A stretch of 37,148 bases of DNA from Paramecium tetraurelia. Taxonomy: Eukaryota. The stretch lies in NCBI GenBank assembly GCA_000165425.1, contig CT868672.1:302048-339195 (forward strand). Reading direction: 5' to 3'. Numbering within the stretch: the stretch's first letter is position 1; each line of letters begins with the position of its first letter. Of the stretch, positions 11,887 through 24,352 are shown piece after piece. The notes beneath the pieces are model-generated. The model ran no database searches. It saw only the letters and a program-made list of their open reading frames with translations, and had not been told where the DNA came from. Position numbers and translations under genes: made by a program.

Positions 11887-13698
11887 TCACTCTCTCTCTT
11901 CATTCAAATTTTCCATTTGATCCACTTCACCAGACTCTTCAGCTTCATAAGACTATTAACATTTATTATCCAGTTTGCATTAATTCATTAACTTTTCTTC
12001 CTCCTCAATATTCTCAATCAACCCTTGATTCAATGTCTCCTTTAGAGGTAGCAACAAAAGACCACACAACATACCAATTATTCCAAAAACAACCATGGGA
12101 TGGACTTAAAACTGTTGACATAAATTATTCAAGAAGGTTTGAACTATACTACCAATCGAACCTCCAGCAGATATTAATAATAATGCTAAAGAACGAACAA
12201 CTGAAGGGAACAATTCAGACACATACACAAATGCCAAAGCCCAGATCACACAAATAATGAATCTCATCATCTAGAATTTAATTATTTATATCATACCCCT
12301 GCTAAAATTCCTTACATTATGATAAATAGAGAATTATCAAATTGAATTATAAAATACTAACTCATCAAACCCACTAATATCAGTCCCAAAATGATACTTT
12401 TCTTTCTTTTTAATTTTGTCACAAAAAAATCTCAAAAATAAAGAAATATATTTACCTGTTACTAAATATGCGGTTAATTCAAAAAATGCTATAATATAAT
12501 TGCTAGTGAAAAAGTTCATTCCTAATTAATCACTAACAAAACTGATTCCATAATATATCATTTGAATTCCAAAAAACATCATTACACATGCAATAAATAT
12601 ATATCTAATAGATTTGTTTCTTACAAGATCCCATGCTGTGTACATCCTCTAGTTTTTCTCTTTAGATTTTGGATTTGTGATTAATTCATCAATATATATT
12701 TGTTTCTTTGAATTAATTTTAGCTATCTGATTAAGTGTTTCTACACATTAAGATTTATTTTTGGAGTACAAAAATTGGGGTGATTCAAAAATCAATAAAT
12801 TAGCAAAAGCGAGCATGATTGTAGGTATTGCAGCAATAATTGCTAATGATCTCCAATCAGTCACATAATAGGCCAAAGTGATAAATGTAAATTCCCCAAT
12901 TGCAAAGAAAACTTAGAGACCAACATTTTGGAATTCTCTGAAATGTCCTTCTAATAATTTTAATGTAAATTTTCCAGGAATGTTCATTTATAAATGAATA
13001 ATGAACTGTTATGGCAGGATTTCCTCCAAAACCCAAAAGAAACATTGCACCTGTTATCATTTAGAAATTTTAAGCAGACTATATATAATTAGAAATGATA
13101 TGTAACTGCTAAAATTAATGATCCTATTGTAGTGATTGACCAAGATAATGTCAAAGCGAGTTTCCTTCCATAATTGTCAGCTATAAATGAAAAAATAAAG
13201 AATCCTTTCAGAGAGCCAAAATAAACAATGGATTTAATAATTGATTGTAAGGTCTTATTGCAAGGCAATACTGTATTGAATGCTGTGTTAAGGGAATTAC
13301 CAACAAGGAATTCTATTCGAGATTAATCTTCCTAAGAGTATTGGATTTGATTACACAAATGTAAGATAGACATTGTTCATCCAAAATATGTGTAGAGCAT
13401 TCATTATAGCAATTTAGATCGTTTTTGCAATCAATTTTTGGCTCTATAAAGTAGAAAACAGGAGCAAATAGAATCCATCAATGATAATAAGAGGTCTATA
13501 CGTAGTTATCATCCATTGCAGACCAAATATTAGGAATACTCTTTTTTAATAGTATCCTGATGATCCTACTTGTGATAATGCTTGATCAAAGCTTATTTAT
13601 TTAAATTCAATCTCTTCTGTATTATCTGTGACTTCTAGTTGATCCTTCTATTCAATGTATGCATTAGTTTAGTGTTGTAAATGAATATCCTCATACAT
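11887..13698 (-). CDS. MFS transporter, SLC22/organic-cation-transporter-like; two non-canonical splice sites, possibly an incipient pseudogene
   Basis: FDQALSQVGSSGYYQK, Cys-rich extracellular loop, IADNYGRK (MFS motif A), DWR, FESPQFL, YVSELFPSVVRS, LPLKET. Canonical introns 13332-13354, 13079-13106, 12431-12455, 12271-12296; non-canonical 13479-13501 (GT..TG) and 12951-12975 (GG..AG). Confidence 0.85.
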
Positions 13699-13855
13699 TG
13701 ATATAAATAATATAATTATATAATAAAAATACGTAATAATGATAATGAATATTATTTGATAATAAAAATAATTATTATAAAAAAATATGCATATCTAATT
13801 TAAGTATTTAAGGATTAATTAAATCTAATAAAAATAATTTATTTATTTATTTAAG
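13699..13855. promoter_or_regulatory. Probable bidirectional promoter between divergent MFS and IDH genes
   Basis: 157-bp almost purely A/T spacer between two head-to-head ATGs. Similar spacers at 2234-2418 and 19353-19448. Inferred from gene layout only. Confidence 0.5.
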
Positions 13856-14979
13856 ATGAATATTATAAGAAAAGCATCCACTACAATTTTGAGACCACAA
13901 TTCAACTATTAAAAAGTGATTCTATTCCCTGGAGATGGTATTGGCCCTGAAATCTCTAAAGCTGTAATCGATATATTTGATGCTGCAAAAGTGCCAATTG
14001 AATGGGAATTTCACGAGATTCACAAAAAGAGAGTGACTGAATAAGGTGATTTGATCACCGAAGAAACTCTTAAATAAGTGAAAGCCTTGAAATACGCATT
14101 GAAAGGTATTATTTCCATAAGTATAATTAGGACCATTCGAAACCCCAATCGGAAAGGGATATAGATCTATCAATGTCACTCTAAGAAAGAGATTATAATT
14201 ATTCGCTAATGTCAGACCATGCAAATCCATCAAAGGAGTTCAAACCCCATATCCAGGAGTTGATGTCGTAACAATCAGAGAAAACACTGAAGGTGAATAC
14301 AGTGGCTTAGAACATGAAGTCGTTCCAGGAGTCGTTGAGAATCTCAAAATTGTCTCATATAATGCTTGTTAGAATATTGCATAATATGCATTCGAATTTG
14401 CAAGAGCAAATAGTAATTTTAATCAAAACTAATTATAGATAGAAAATAAGTAGTAGCATGTCATAAAGCAGGTGTCATGAAACAAGGAGATGGATTATTC
14501 TTGAAAGTTTGCGATGATGTTGCAAAGAATTATCCAGAAATTGAATTTAGTGAAGAATAGATTGATACTATGGCATTCAAATTAGCTAATGATCCAACTA
14601 AAATTGATGTCATGGTTATGCCCAATCTTTATGGTGATATTGTCTCAGATCTTTGTGCTGGTTTAATTGGAGGGTTAGGATTGACAGCATCAGGAAATAT
14701 TGGAAAGGATTGTGAAGTTTATGAAGCTGTTCATGGAACTGCACCAGATATTGCTGGTAAGAATCTTGCAAATCCAACTGCATTACTATTATCAGGAATT
14801 ATGGTATAAATAAAAAATATATAACATAGATGTTAAAAGCCATGAGATTAAATGATTATGCAAATAGAATTGAAACAGCCACATACTCAGTTTTAGAAGA
14901 AGCCAGATTTTTGACTGGAGATCTTGGAGGTAAAAGCACAACCACAGATTATACCAAAGCTATTATTGATAAATTGTGA
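13856..14979 (+). CDS. IDH3A: Mitochondrial NAD-dependent isocitrate dehydrogenase, catalytic (alpha) subunit
   Basis: [96 protein letters not shown]. Introns 14106-14130, 14413-14438, 14804-14829. Confidence 0.95.
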
Positions 14980-15030
14980 TCAATGTATATCTATATACAT
15001 GTTTATTATTCAATTAATATTTATAAAACG

Positions 15031-17617
15031 ATGAAAAAGCCTTTATATTTATCTGACCTTATTTATTTCATTCTGTCTATCGGGAACATCATCCAACTCT
15101 TACTTTTATAGAATAGTTCTCTGTTAACAATAATTTTGATGACCATCACACTCGGGATGTTAATTCTCAATCTCTTTATCAAAATATACTACTACTCAAC
15201 TGATGATTCATCAATTATTTTATTGATGCTTAATACAACCACTATAGTCATTAGAATAATAGCTATTGCTAATGTTCAATAAACTTTCTATTAAACAGAT
15301 ATGTATTGTATTTCTTCTTATTAGTTTTTTTTGATTGCTTCACATCTTTATCATATAACACTCAAATCATAAATTCAAGTTCATATCAGCCATAATCTAC
15401 ACAATATTGTAAGCATCTTTGGATTTAAATTTCTATAAAATCATTTTGTCATTAACCATTTTTTTTCAAATGATATAAAACAAGTAAATAACAATTTAAT
15501 TTCAAGAACCATAATTAACAAAAATCCAGAAACCCCAAGGAAAATACTTAAATAATCTCACACTTGGCATAACAATTAAAATTATATTGATAATTAACTT
15601 AAAACTGACTTAAATTTCAAAAATATTTCGTCTTAACCAAATATGCATTTTTAATTTGATTATTTAATCAAAGAAGATACTATAGACAATTTAAAAAGAG
15701 TGTAAGAGCTATTTCATTTACCTTTCATAATTACTGACAAGGATGCAAAGCCCATTTTATATAATTCATACTTTATAGATGCTTTTGAAAAAATTGATTA
15801 AAAAAATATTCAATATGGAATTAAAAATATAAAAATATATCGATTAGATAAGAACAGTCAAAAAGTTGTTAAAAAAATATATTTAGAAAAATAGATGAAT
15901 AACAATATTTTTATTAGATCATCTAGTTAACCTAATACTTTTCCATTATTAAGTATTTCTAGCCAGCCAATTAAATTACTCTTAAATCATATTTTATAAA
16001 TTATGAGTGCCTAATACTGTTAATGTTCAGTCATCGACTTTTAGTCAGAATATCTAAAAAGAGATTATTAAATTGACATTAAATTTATTCAAGGATACTT
16101 TCTCTTTATTTTTACTCACACTCAAGAAAGAGATGATTATAAAAATAAAATAAACACAAAACTTCTCATGAATTAGCTGTTTCGAAGTTTGAGTCATGAG
16201 TTTAGTACTTCCCTTAATTGCATATAAATCCTGGCAGAAAATGCTTTAGAAGAACTATAAGAGAAGACTGTTACCAAGTACATACAACCTTTATTAAATT
16301 CATGTAATTCATATTAAGTAATTTACTAGGTTATATTTTAAATAGTATTGTTTAGGATGTTAAAGATTTTAGTTTGATTTTGTCAAAGAATTTTACATTA
16401 ACAATCAAAAATACAAACATCTGCAAATTAATTCATGAAGTGACAACATTATTTTAATCTTAAATATAAATGAAGGGATTAAAAATTAATATCATAACTA
16501 ACAATATTTTGATACACACTGATGCTTAAAGAGTCAAACAATCACTGATTAATTTATTATCGAATGCATAAAAATTTACATTCTAAGTATTATAATTTAC
16601 AAATTTAGGGAAGTATTACTATTAATGCATCTGAAGAGATTATTAATAATACAAGGTTTGTTAGGATTTCAGTTGAAGATACAGGTCCTGGAATGGATAA
16701 CGACACTCAACTTAAACTATCATAGTTTTTGACATCTAGTTAAAAGAGTCGATATAAAGATCCGAATCAATCGTTTGGAATGGGGTTATTGATAACATAA
16801 AAAATAGTTAAAGGTTTAACATTAAATCACGAAGGAGGAATACAATTCGAATCTAATGTCCAATAGGGATCTAAATTTTGGTTTTTAATTTAAGATTTGA
16901 ATTAAGAAGAACTACCAATTTAAAATTCTAAACAAACAATTCGATACAACAAGATTAATTCTTCTTATAGCAATTCAAAATTTGATTTAAGTTAACCTGT
17001 GAGTCCTAGCATAAAAGAATTAAAAAGACAGTTTTCTCCACTCTTATCTCATAGATATATTAAAGATGGTTAAAACCTACTTTTAAATCAAAGTAGTTCG
17101 ATTAGTCAATCCGAAAGTAAAAATAGTGAAAATAATAGACATTTCGTTTCAAGAGGAAAAATTTGATTGCATAATAAATCCTTATATCATGAAATAAGGA
17201 TGTTAAAAGCCGTTGATACAGATGGACATACATGACAGATCTTCTATTTCAACAAAAATATTAATCGTAGATGATGAGTATGTGAATATCTACGCTTTAA
17301 AGATAATGTTAAATAGGCTAAATTACTTATGTGATGTAGCTAATAATGGTTATGAAGCATTAGATAAGTTTATGCAACATTAATACTAATTAATTTTTAT
17401 GGATATAGAAATGCCAAATATGAATGGAGTTACAGCAACTAAACAAATACTGTAGTTTTGTGAATAAAATGATCTACAAAAACCAATAATCATAGCATAA
17501 ACTGCATACACAGATTCTTTGACAAAGGCAGTCTGCTATGAATCAGGGATGAACTATTTTTTATAAAAACCAATCCATACTAAGGATATTATGTAAATTC
17601 TTGAAGAAAAATTATGA
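15031..17617 (+). CDS. Membrane-bound hybrid histidine kinase (HisKA + HATPase_c + receiver)
   Basis: N-terminal hydrophobic helices; H-box LSHEFSTSLN; N-box QSLINLLSNAQKFT; G1 VEDTGPGM; G2 FGMGL; receiver ILIVDD, IFMDIEMPNMNG, AQTA, FLQKP. Introns 16304-16329, 16587-16608, 17117-17138. Confidence 0.92.
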
Positions 17618-17630
17618 TCTAATATTTTTA

Positions 17631-19352
17631 TCAAAATTTAACTATTTAATGTTATTTATGAATCTTTAACACTTTTTTCAATTTATTCTTAATTAGCTTT
17701 TTATAGAATCTTTAAGCCAAAAATCGCCTGATTAAGGCCTAAATCTTCATGATGACCTTTGCTGTCATTTACAATTTTGTTGGTTAGAATCTAGTAGGTC
17801 CTGTTGAAAATTCAGTAATGCACCTTTGTCTCTTCTCTTAAGTTGGCGATTTTGAACATTTTTTGCTGTTCTTTTGATATATTTTAAACTAAAAGATTTT
17901 TGGTTATAATCGCTTTCTCCTTTATCTAATCTTATTCATTACAATATTTGCAAAATATATTACAAAGAAATTTCTATTCTTATTTCGTTTAAAAATCATC
18001 TCATATCTCTTGATCTTTATTTTCATTTCTTTTTTTTCACTGACTTTTCTTTCTTGTCTTTTTAAACTGCATTCCCTTTCTTCACTTTTTAATCTTAATT
18101 ACTATGTTCTTTTGACTAGAAATTAATGTCTTGCTTATTAGATAATTTTGACTATGTTTTAGTGGGTTTCAATAATATGCTCTGCGAGATTACCTTCTAA
18201 AGCTGAAATTTAATCTTTGTCTACTAAATTAACAGCATGTTATAATTATTTTTTATCAACACATCTAGCAAGAAATTTGCTGAATGATTTTGCAAATTTA
18301 ATTTCTTCATATATAACTTCATCTTGATTTCCACCAGATCTAATACTTTAACGACGATTCAATGTTTAGATTAATGGTAAGTAACCCATAATGTTAAAAT
18401 TACAAGTCGAGATTTTATTGGCATACTTATTTTGACTTTTTTATCGATTTTCCAAAAATGCTCCTTCCAATTCTTCATCCCATTAAAACTTCTACATCTT
18501 TTTTATTATATTATTTGATTAACTCACATCCAACTTTTTATTTGTCTTTGATAATTCAATATTTTTGGAGGAATTCAAAGATATAAATAGTTTACCTATT
18601 TATGGATCCATTCTTTTTATCAATTCTAGAATTGTTGGTCTTGTGATATCATTTAATTTTATCTATCTTTGTTTTAATATCATCTATTAAATATCATGTA
18701 GTTCATCTAATTTTCGATATAACACTTGTGCTAAAGGAATTTTAAGTGATTGATATTTTGTATTGATATTTAACCATTTCAAAGGTTATGGTTAAATCTT
18801 CGTTTCTAATTTTGTGGTTATTTATTATTGTTATCTACTTTCAACCTTTTCCTTCCATTTCTCAAGTAAAGCATCGATTGTACAGTGAAACTTTTTTATT
18901 ATATATTCTCTTTTTTCGCATTCATTTAAACTTTTTAATGCTCCAGGTTAAATGCCAAAACCAATCAATATTTATGATATTGTACCAATTTTATCATATT
19001 TATCACTCAAGGAATCACCGATCAATGCAATATATAAAGTATCGATAAAGTATTCGCTACATGATTTAATAATATTAGCGAATGCATCATGCTTCATCTC
19101 TTTTTACTTCTTATTAAAATATTCTAAATAAGTTTAATTGACCTATTGATCCAGTTTTATTGATGTTCTAGAAGCATTTAATGTTTATTATTATGGTTCT
19201 TACGCATAATAATTAAAATAATTATCGATTTATTGCCAAGTCTATAATTTATCATCCTATTCTGGCTATTGTCTAACTTTTAATAAATTTCTTATTGATA
19301 TTTGATATCTAGGAGATAATGAAATTGAGTTTTAATTTTTCAACTACTTCAT
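17631..19352 (-). CDS. Basic hypothetical protein (573 aa) with C-terminal IQ calmodulin-binding motif
   Basis: Continuous table-6 ORF of 1722 nt from MKQLKNQNSISLSPR; C-terminal VIMKIQALIRRFLAQRFYKKL matches the IQxxxRxxxxR pattern. Confidence 0.75.
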
Positions 19353-19448
19353 CTACGTTATTGTTATATATAATTTAATAATTATATATTTATACATTTT
19401 AATAGTTGAATCTTGAAGTACATATAAATTTAGATATATAAGTATAGC

Positions 19449-20309
19449 ATGAAGAATAGTAAATCTCCAACATAAAGCGAAGCTCTTCCTTAAATATAAT
19501 ACATCAAATTAAAATAGTTGTCAAATCAACGCAAAGTAAATTTCAATGTGATGCTATCTTTACCTGTAACTTATAATCTAACTTAAGTATTTACTTAAGG
19601 ATCAGCAACTTGAAAACAGAAAAGACACAATTGCAATCTTCAAAAAAAGAAAACAAGAAGCTAATTCAATTAGTAAAAATAAACCTCAACTTTTAAACAA
19701 TGGTAGAATTCATTTTACAGAATTTTGGTCAGAAAAATACTAATGCATCACTTTAAAAGATTCCTAAATCAACTAAGATCTCAATAAATATAGATAAATA
19801 ATAAAAAGTAATATAAAAGACTATTTATTCAGATATGAAAAATAGGTTAAGGATCAATTATAACAAGTGAGAGAGTATTTCAATTTCATTATTGTAGCCA
19901 AAATTATACATAGCCAACAAAAAACTATGAATCAGATGATGAAACTGTTAAATAATTCGATCATTAAAATTAAAAACTTCTAACAAGTCACAATACAGAA
20001 GCAGATTTATTAGCATAATATTAAAAAAGTGAGGATATCTTTAAAAAACCATATATGCGATACTTAAACAAAAGTGTTAGCAAAGAGGTTAAGAAAGATT
20101 ATATTCTTAAATTGGAAGATATGATGAGCAAGTGCGATGATTTTAAATATAAATATCTAACAGAACAGTAAATAAAATATACAATATTTTAGAAAACTCA
20201 ATCTCAAACGATTCAGTCAGAATTCTATAGCAAAAAGATTTATTATTAATTAAACTACAAATTCAAGCAGAAGCAATTTTTGAATAATATATTTTATCTT
20301 ATAGTTTGA
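19449..20309 (+). CDS. Hypothetical protein
   Basis: MKNSKSPTQSEALPQIQY...; frame is restored by two tiny GT..AG introns (~19566-19587, ~19875-19897). The 3' end is uncertain. Confidence 0.6.
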
Positions 20310-20647
20310 TAACCATTCCTTCTAATAAATTATAAAACATCAATTTAAGAGAAATATTTATTTATTAAGTTATTTATGAAATAATCAAAAAAGAATAGGA
20401 ATTTTTTATCAACTGTTGGATAATGCTTCAAGACGATTCATTGGTATATATAAATAATTTTTATCCTTAAAGACTTGGAAAACGTTTTTTATGAATCTCA
20501 ATCTAAAATAAATGATAAGCTGTTATTATTATAATTTTAAGATAAAACTTATTTAATATTAAATCATATTATGAATAATTTAGCACAATTAATTTCAACA
20601 AATTTCTTTTAAGTAGTTTTACATGAGCTTAAGAATTGATCAATTTA

Positions 20648-21160
20648 GGATGTAAATGCACTTGTGAATAATTGACATCATTATATGACTGCTAGTATTT
20701 TAGCAAATGCCAATTTGTCAATTAAGTTTGTTCTTAAAAATTTTGTGATTCAATGAATTTTGAAGCTTGTTTAAGTAGTGATAGTGTTTGGAATAATGGA
20801 AAATGTTCTAAATTTACAAATTGTTAGGATTATCAAGCTTCCAACGATGAAGATTGCTAGAACCTTAAGGCACGATTGCGCCTATAATAATTTTACAAGG
20901 ACTTGCAAACCAATAGATTAAATTACAAAACTATGTTCTTAACAGGATGAAGCTGATTGTTATTATGGGAGAGATGGTAAATGTATATATAAAGATGAAA
21001 AATGCTAAATTTGGACAAATTGTGAAGACGCGGAATATGGACATTGCACATATGCCAATATGATAAAAATGGAAACTGTTAAGACTTCGACACTTCCAAT
21101 TCAAATTAAGAAACCTGCATATCCCAATCCTATGTGTATTATTAATGGATTGACTGAAAA
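20648..21160 (+). pseudogene. Frameshifted Cys-rich surface-antigen/mini-antigen-like gene relic
   Basis: CKCTCEQL..DCQYFSKCQFVNQVC..WNNGKCSKFTNCQDY..DCQNL, shift ~20870, HDCAYNNFTRTCKP..DCYYGRDGKCIYKDEKCQIWTNC, shift ~21050, CQYDKNGNCQDF. No intron explains the shifts and I found no intact start. Confidence 0.65.
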
Positions 21161-21381
21161 TGTACTACATGTTAATCAATTGATTTTGAGTTATTTGCAT
21201 CAACATTAGTGTTAACTTTTCTATTAAATGAGTTGATGTAATTCAAAAAAAGTTGAAATTATATAAAATTAATAATTTAAGAAGGATTTATTACTTTATA
21301 TTCTTGCAAAATTAAAATAAATAAGAATTAAGATTGAGTGCATAAATGAATAAGATAGCAATATAAAATGTAGAAATTATT

Positions 21382-22881
21382 TCAATTCAATTATTCAGCC
21401 ATATTTGACTGATTTTTGATAACTTGATCGTAAATGTACAAATTACTCCATGCTAAAATTTTTATTCTACTATCCTCCATTTATACATCTAATAACTCAT
21501 CTTTTTCATTTAATTTAATTGTAAAAGCAATTTTTCCAGTTTAAATTTCATAAAAAGTTAATGAAGAAGATATTATGTAGGTCTCATCTTTCGAGAAAAA
21601 GTATGTTTTTAAAAAATATTCATCTTAATTAATGATTTTTCTTATCTTTTTGTTAGAGTTTGAAATCAATGTAAAATATAAATAATTCTTTCTAGAAGAT
21701 CGAACGAATAGGAGTTTGAATTTATTAGTAATTTATATGTTTTTTTTGAAGATACTTCCTTTGTCATTTCTTATTAAAGATTTCCATTTTCCTTCCATGT
21801 TATCATAAAAAATGAATGTTTAGAATTAATTTTCTTGAGTAGAATATATTTTGAATAGTTTAAAATTATTACAATCCTGTTATTCTAAGGAAAAGCATTG
21901 CTTAATAGTTAGATTTTCATTGTATTTAAATAAATAATTCTAATTATTTTGTTTACAACATACCATACTCATCCAAAGCGTTTATTCTTATATCTATTGC
22001 ATGATCTTCTTCTTCATATTATATATTGTCAAATTAATTGGGCTATTAAATGCAAAAATCAAGTAATTTTCATCGTTTGTAAATTAAAATAATAAGATCT
22101 TCTTATTTTGATAATCAACATTAATTTTACTGTACAGAGCTCCAGTTTTCAAGTTATAGATTAAAATTTAATAGGTCACCAAAATAGCAAGAAACTCTTC
22201 AGAAACTGTTTATTAGTATATATAATCGGACGAAGGATGGAATTTTCTTATAGATATTACAGTTGGAAGTAATTTAATATATTATCTGTATGATTTTATT
22301 TATTATTATTCATTCTTGATATTTTAAACAAATTTATTCATCTAAATTTTGTTTATATTTGAATAGTGAATCTTTCCTAAATTATGAAATATTTTATCAT
22401 TAGTAAAGTTGAAATAGGATTCTAATTCCAGAATTAATTTGTTAATCTTCCAAATAATTTCTTTATTAATTGATTTATTATCTAAGATTTCTTTCATTAT
22501 CTTTAGTATCATAATTTAATGGTATGGTTCTTCTTCTAAAAATTACTAATTATTTAAAAAACAAGAAGAAACTTAATCTAAGAAGAAGTAAGCATCTTCT
22601 AAAATTTTCATAAGATCTAAAGAGTATAAGAAAGTTTCAACCTATTTTTATTTTTAAAAACAAGTTTCACATTAAACTGATCCTATATTAAGTTGAGAAT
22701 CTCGAACAAAAACTAATATCTCTAATTGATGATCTTTTCCCTTATGATTTTTTTTAAGTTCTTTTAAAAGTATATTGTATATGCAGATTACCCTATCATT
22801 TTCATGACAATTATTTTTAACTTCTAGCAATCTATGAACTTTGTTTTTACAATTATTCCAAAACGAGGAAATCTAATTCAT
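21382..22881 (-). CDS. Hypothetical protein (499 aa), possible divergent beta-propeller
   Basis: Intronless 1500-nt ORF checked row by row. WD-like strand motifs: ILIYNLKTG, FQFTNDENYLIFA, FFSKDETYIISS, FYEIQTGK. Confidence 0.65.
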
Positions 22882-23465
22882 GAGTATTTAATTAATTAAT
22901 AATCATCAATTATTAATAATTTTTTATAAAAAAACAAACAGAATTTATACGAACATTAAAATTTTAAATAGATCATATTTTATTTGTTGTTTTTCAACTT
23001 TCTGAGAATTACATAATCAAAACATTATATGTGTTATAAATTTAATAAATTTCTTATGTTTAAGGTAGGAGATCAAGGATTATTAGATAATTGAGATGAG
23101 TTGTTTTCCTAATTTAATTTTGAAGAAACCTTTTAGTATAAATTATATTTAATATATATTGATGAATAGGCATTTTCTTCATCCATATTTTATCATTAAA
23201 ATGCTCACAAAAGAATTTTTCACAATAAAAACTAAGAATAAATCCTTTTATAATCCTTACTTATATTGAGATAGTTGGTAGGATAAATATAATGAAAATA
23301 TTATATTGTGGCTTGATTATTCAAATCTTTTTATTTTACTACTTTGATTAACTAAGCTATCCTGGTAGTAGAATTAGTAATTTTTGATTTAATATTATTA
23401 TAACTATTTAGTAAATTTTATTTCATTATTGTTAGTAAGTATGAAAAATAATATAAATTAAGAAA

Positions 23466-24352
23466 TCAAATAAATATCAGAAGAAGAAAAGCATAGTAGC
23501 TTAAAATTGACATGTTCATTGAAATGTCGCAAGGTTTATCATACTAAGGTAATTCTGTATCTGTTAAACACATTTTCATTGAAATATGCCAATTGCAAGA
23601 TTGTTAATCATTACACTTTTATTCATCTTGGAATTAGTGACACATAGCAACTTAGCACTAATTGTTTTACCAAATGCAACTATATTGATTCAAATCATCA
23701 TATTTGCAATCAGAAGAGCGTTATGAACAATTTAGACGAGAATTATTGTCATTTTGATTTTTAATTATCAAACATTTCTAGACATTTGTTGTAGCAATAT
23801 TTCTGAGGCATAAATCCTAATTTATATTTGTAAAATACTTAAGAGGATATAACATTACAGTTAGTTAAACATTAATTGTTAACCCAAACACATTGTAATC
23901 CTTATATTTTAGAAACTAAACAATTTGTTCTTTCAAAGATTTCTCTACACTAATCCCTATATGTATATTTTTCTAGATTCTTAAGAGATTTTTCTTTCTT
24001 CATTAACTCAGGAATTTTATTTGATTGATGTTTAGCCAGACAAGATCCATTCCATTCACATTCTATTCCAGAAGGATGAAGTTTTGAACATTATTCAGGA
24101 TCTTCTATATCTGAACAGATTTTGAACTATATTTCCTTTTGATTTGTCAAATTCAGGTCTTTTGTAGAACTATTTTGATGTTAGAGTTGCCAATTTTATT
24201 GTTAAGTTTGATGATAACTATTATTATATATTAGTAGAATACCTTTAATGAATTTTCTCTGCCAATTTAGATTAATTATATGTGTCGGTATTGGCAAATC
24301 TTGCTGTGCTCCCCATGATAAAAAAGAAAAATATGATTTAAATGGTTTACAT
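23466..24352 (-). CDS. Secreted, probably GPI-anchored Cys-rich surface protein (mini-antigen-like)
   Basis: Signal peptide MQTIQIIFFFFIMGSTA; repeated CxW motifs (CEWNGSC, CVWVNNQC, CIWQNNQC, CNW); hydrophobic terminal tail SILSYYAFLLLIFI. Introns 24218-24242 and 23817-23838. Confidence 0.82.

Noticed and set aside
10857..14233. Track ORFs 10857-11045, 11221-11442, 12033-12257 and 13922-14233
   Set aside because: Wrong-frame or antisense to the TMP, MFS and IDH genes; artefacts of using the standard code.
17101..17170. Apparent frameshift between the HK catalytic and receiver domains (Euplotes-like programmed frameshift)
   Set aside because: A canonical 22-nt GT..AG intron (17117-17138) restores the frame.
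4330..17617. Kinase, pseudokinase, eIF2AK, IDH and HK as a functional gene cluster
   Set aside because: Kinases are very abundant in Paramecium and neighbouring genes are generally not operonic. Nothing in the sequence indicates co-regulation.
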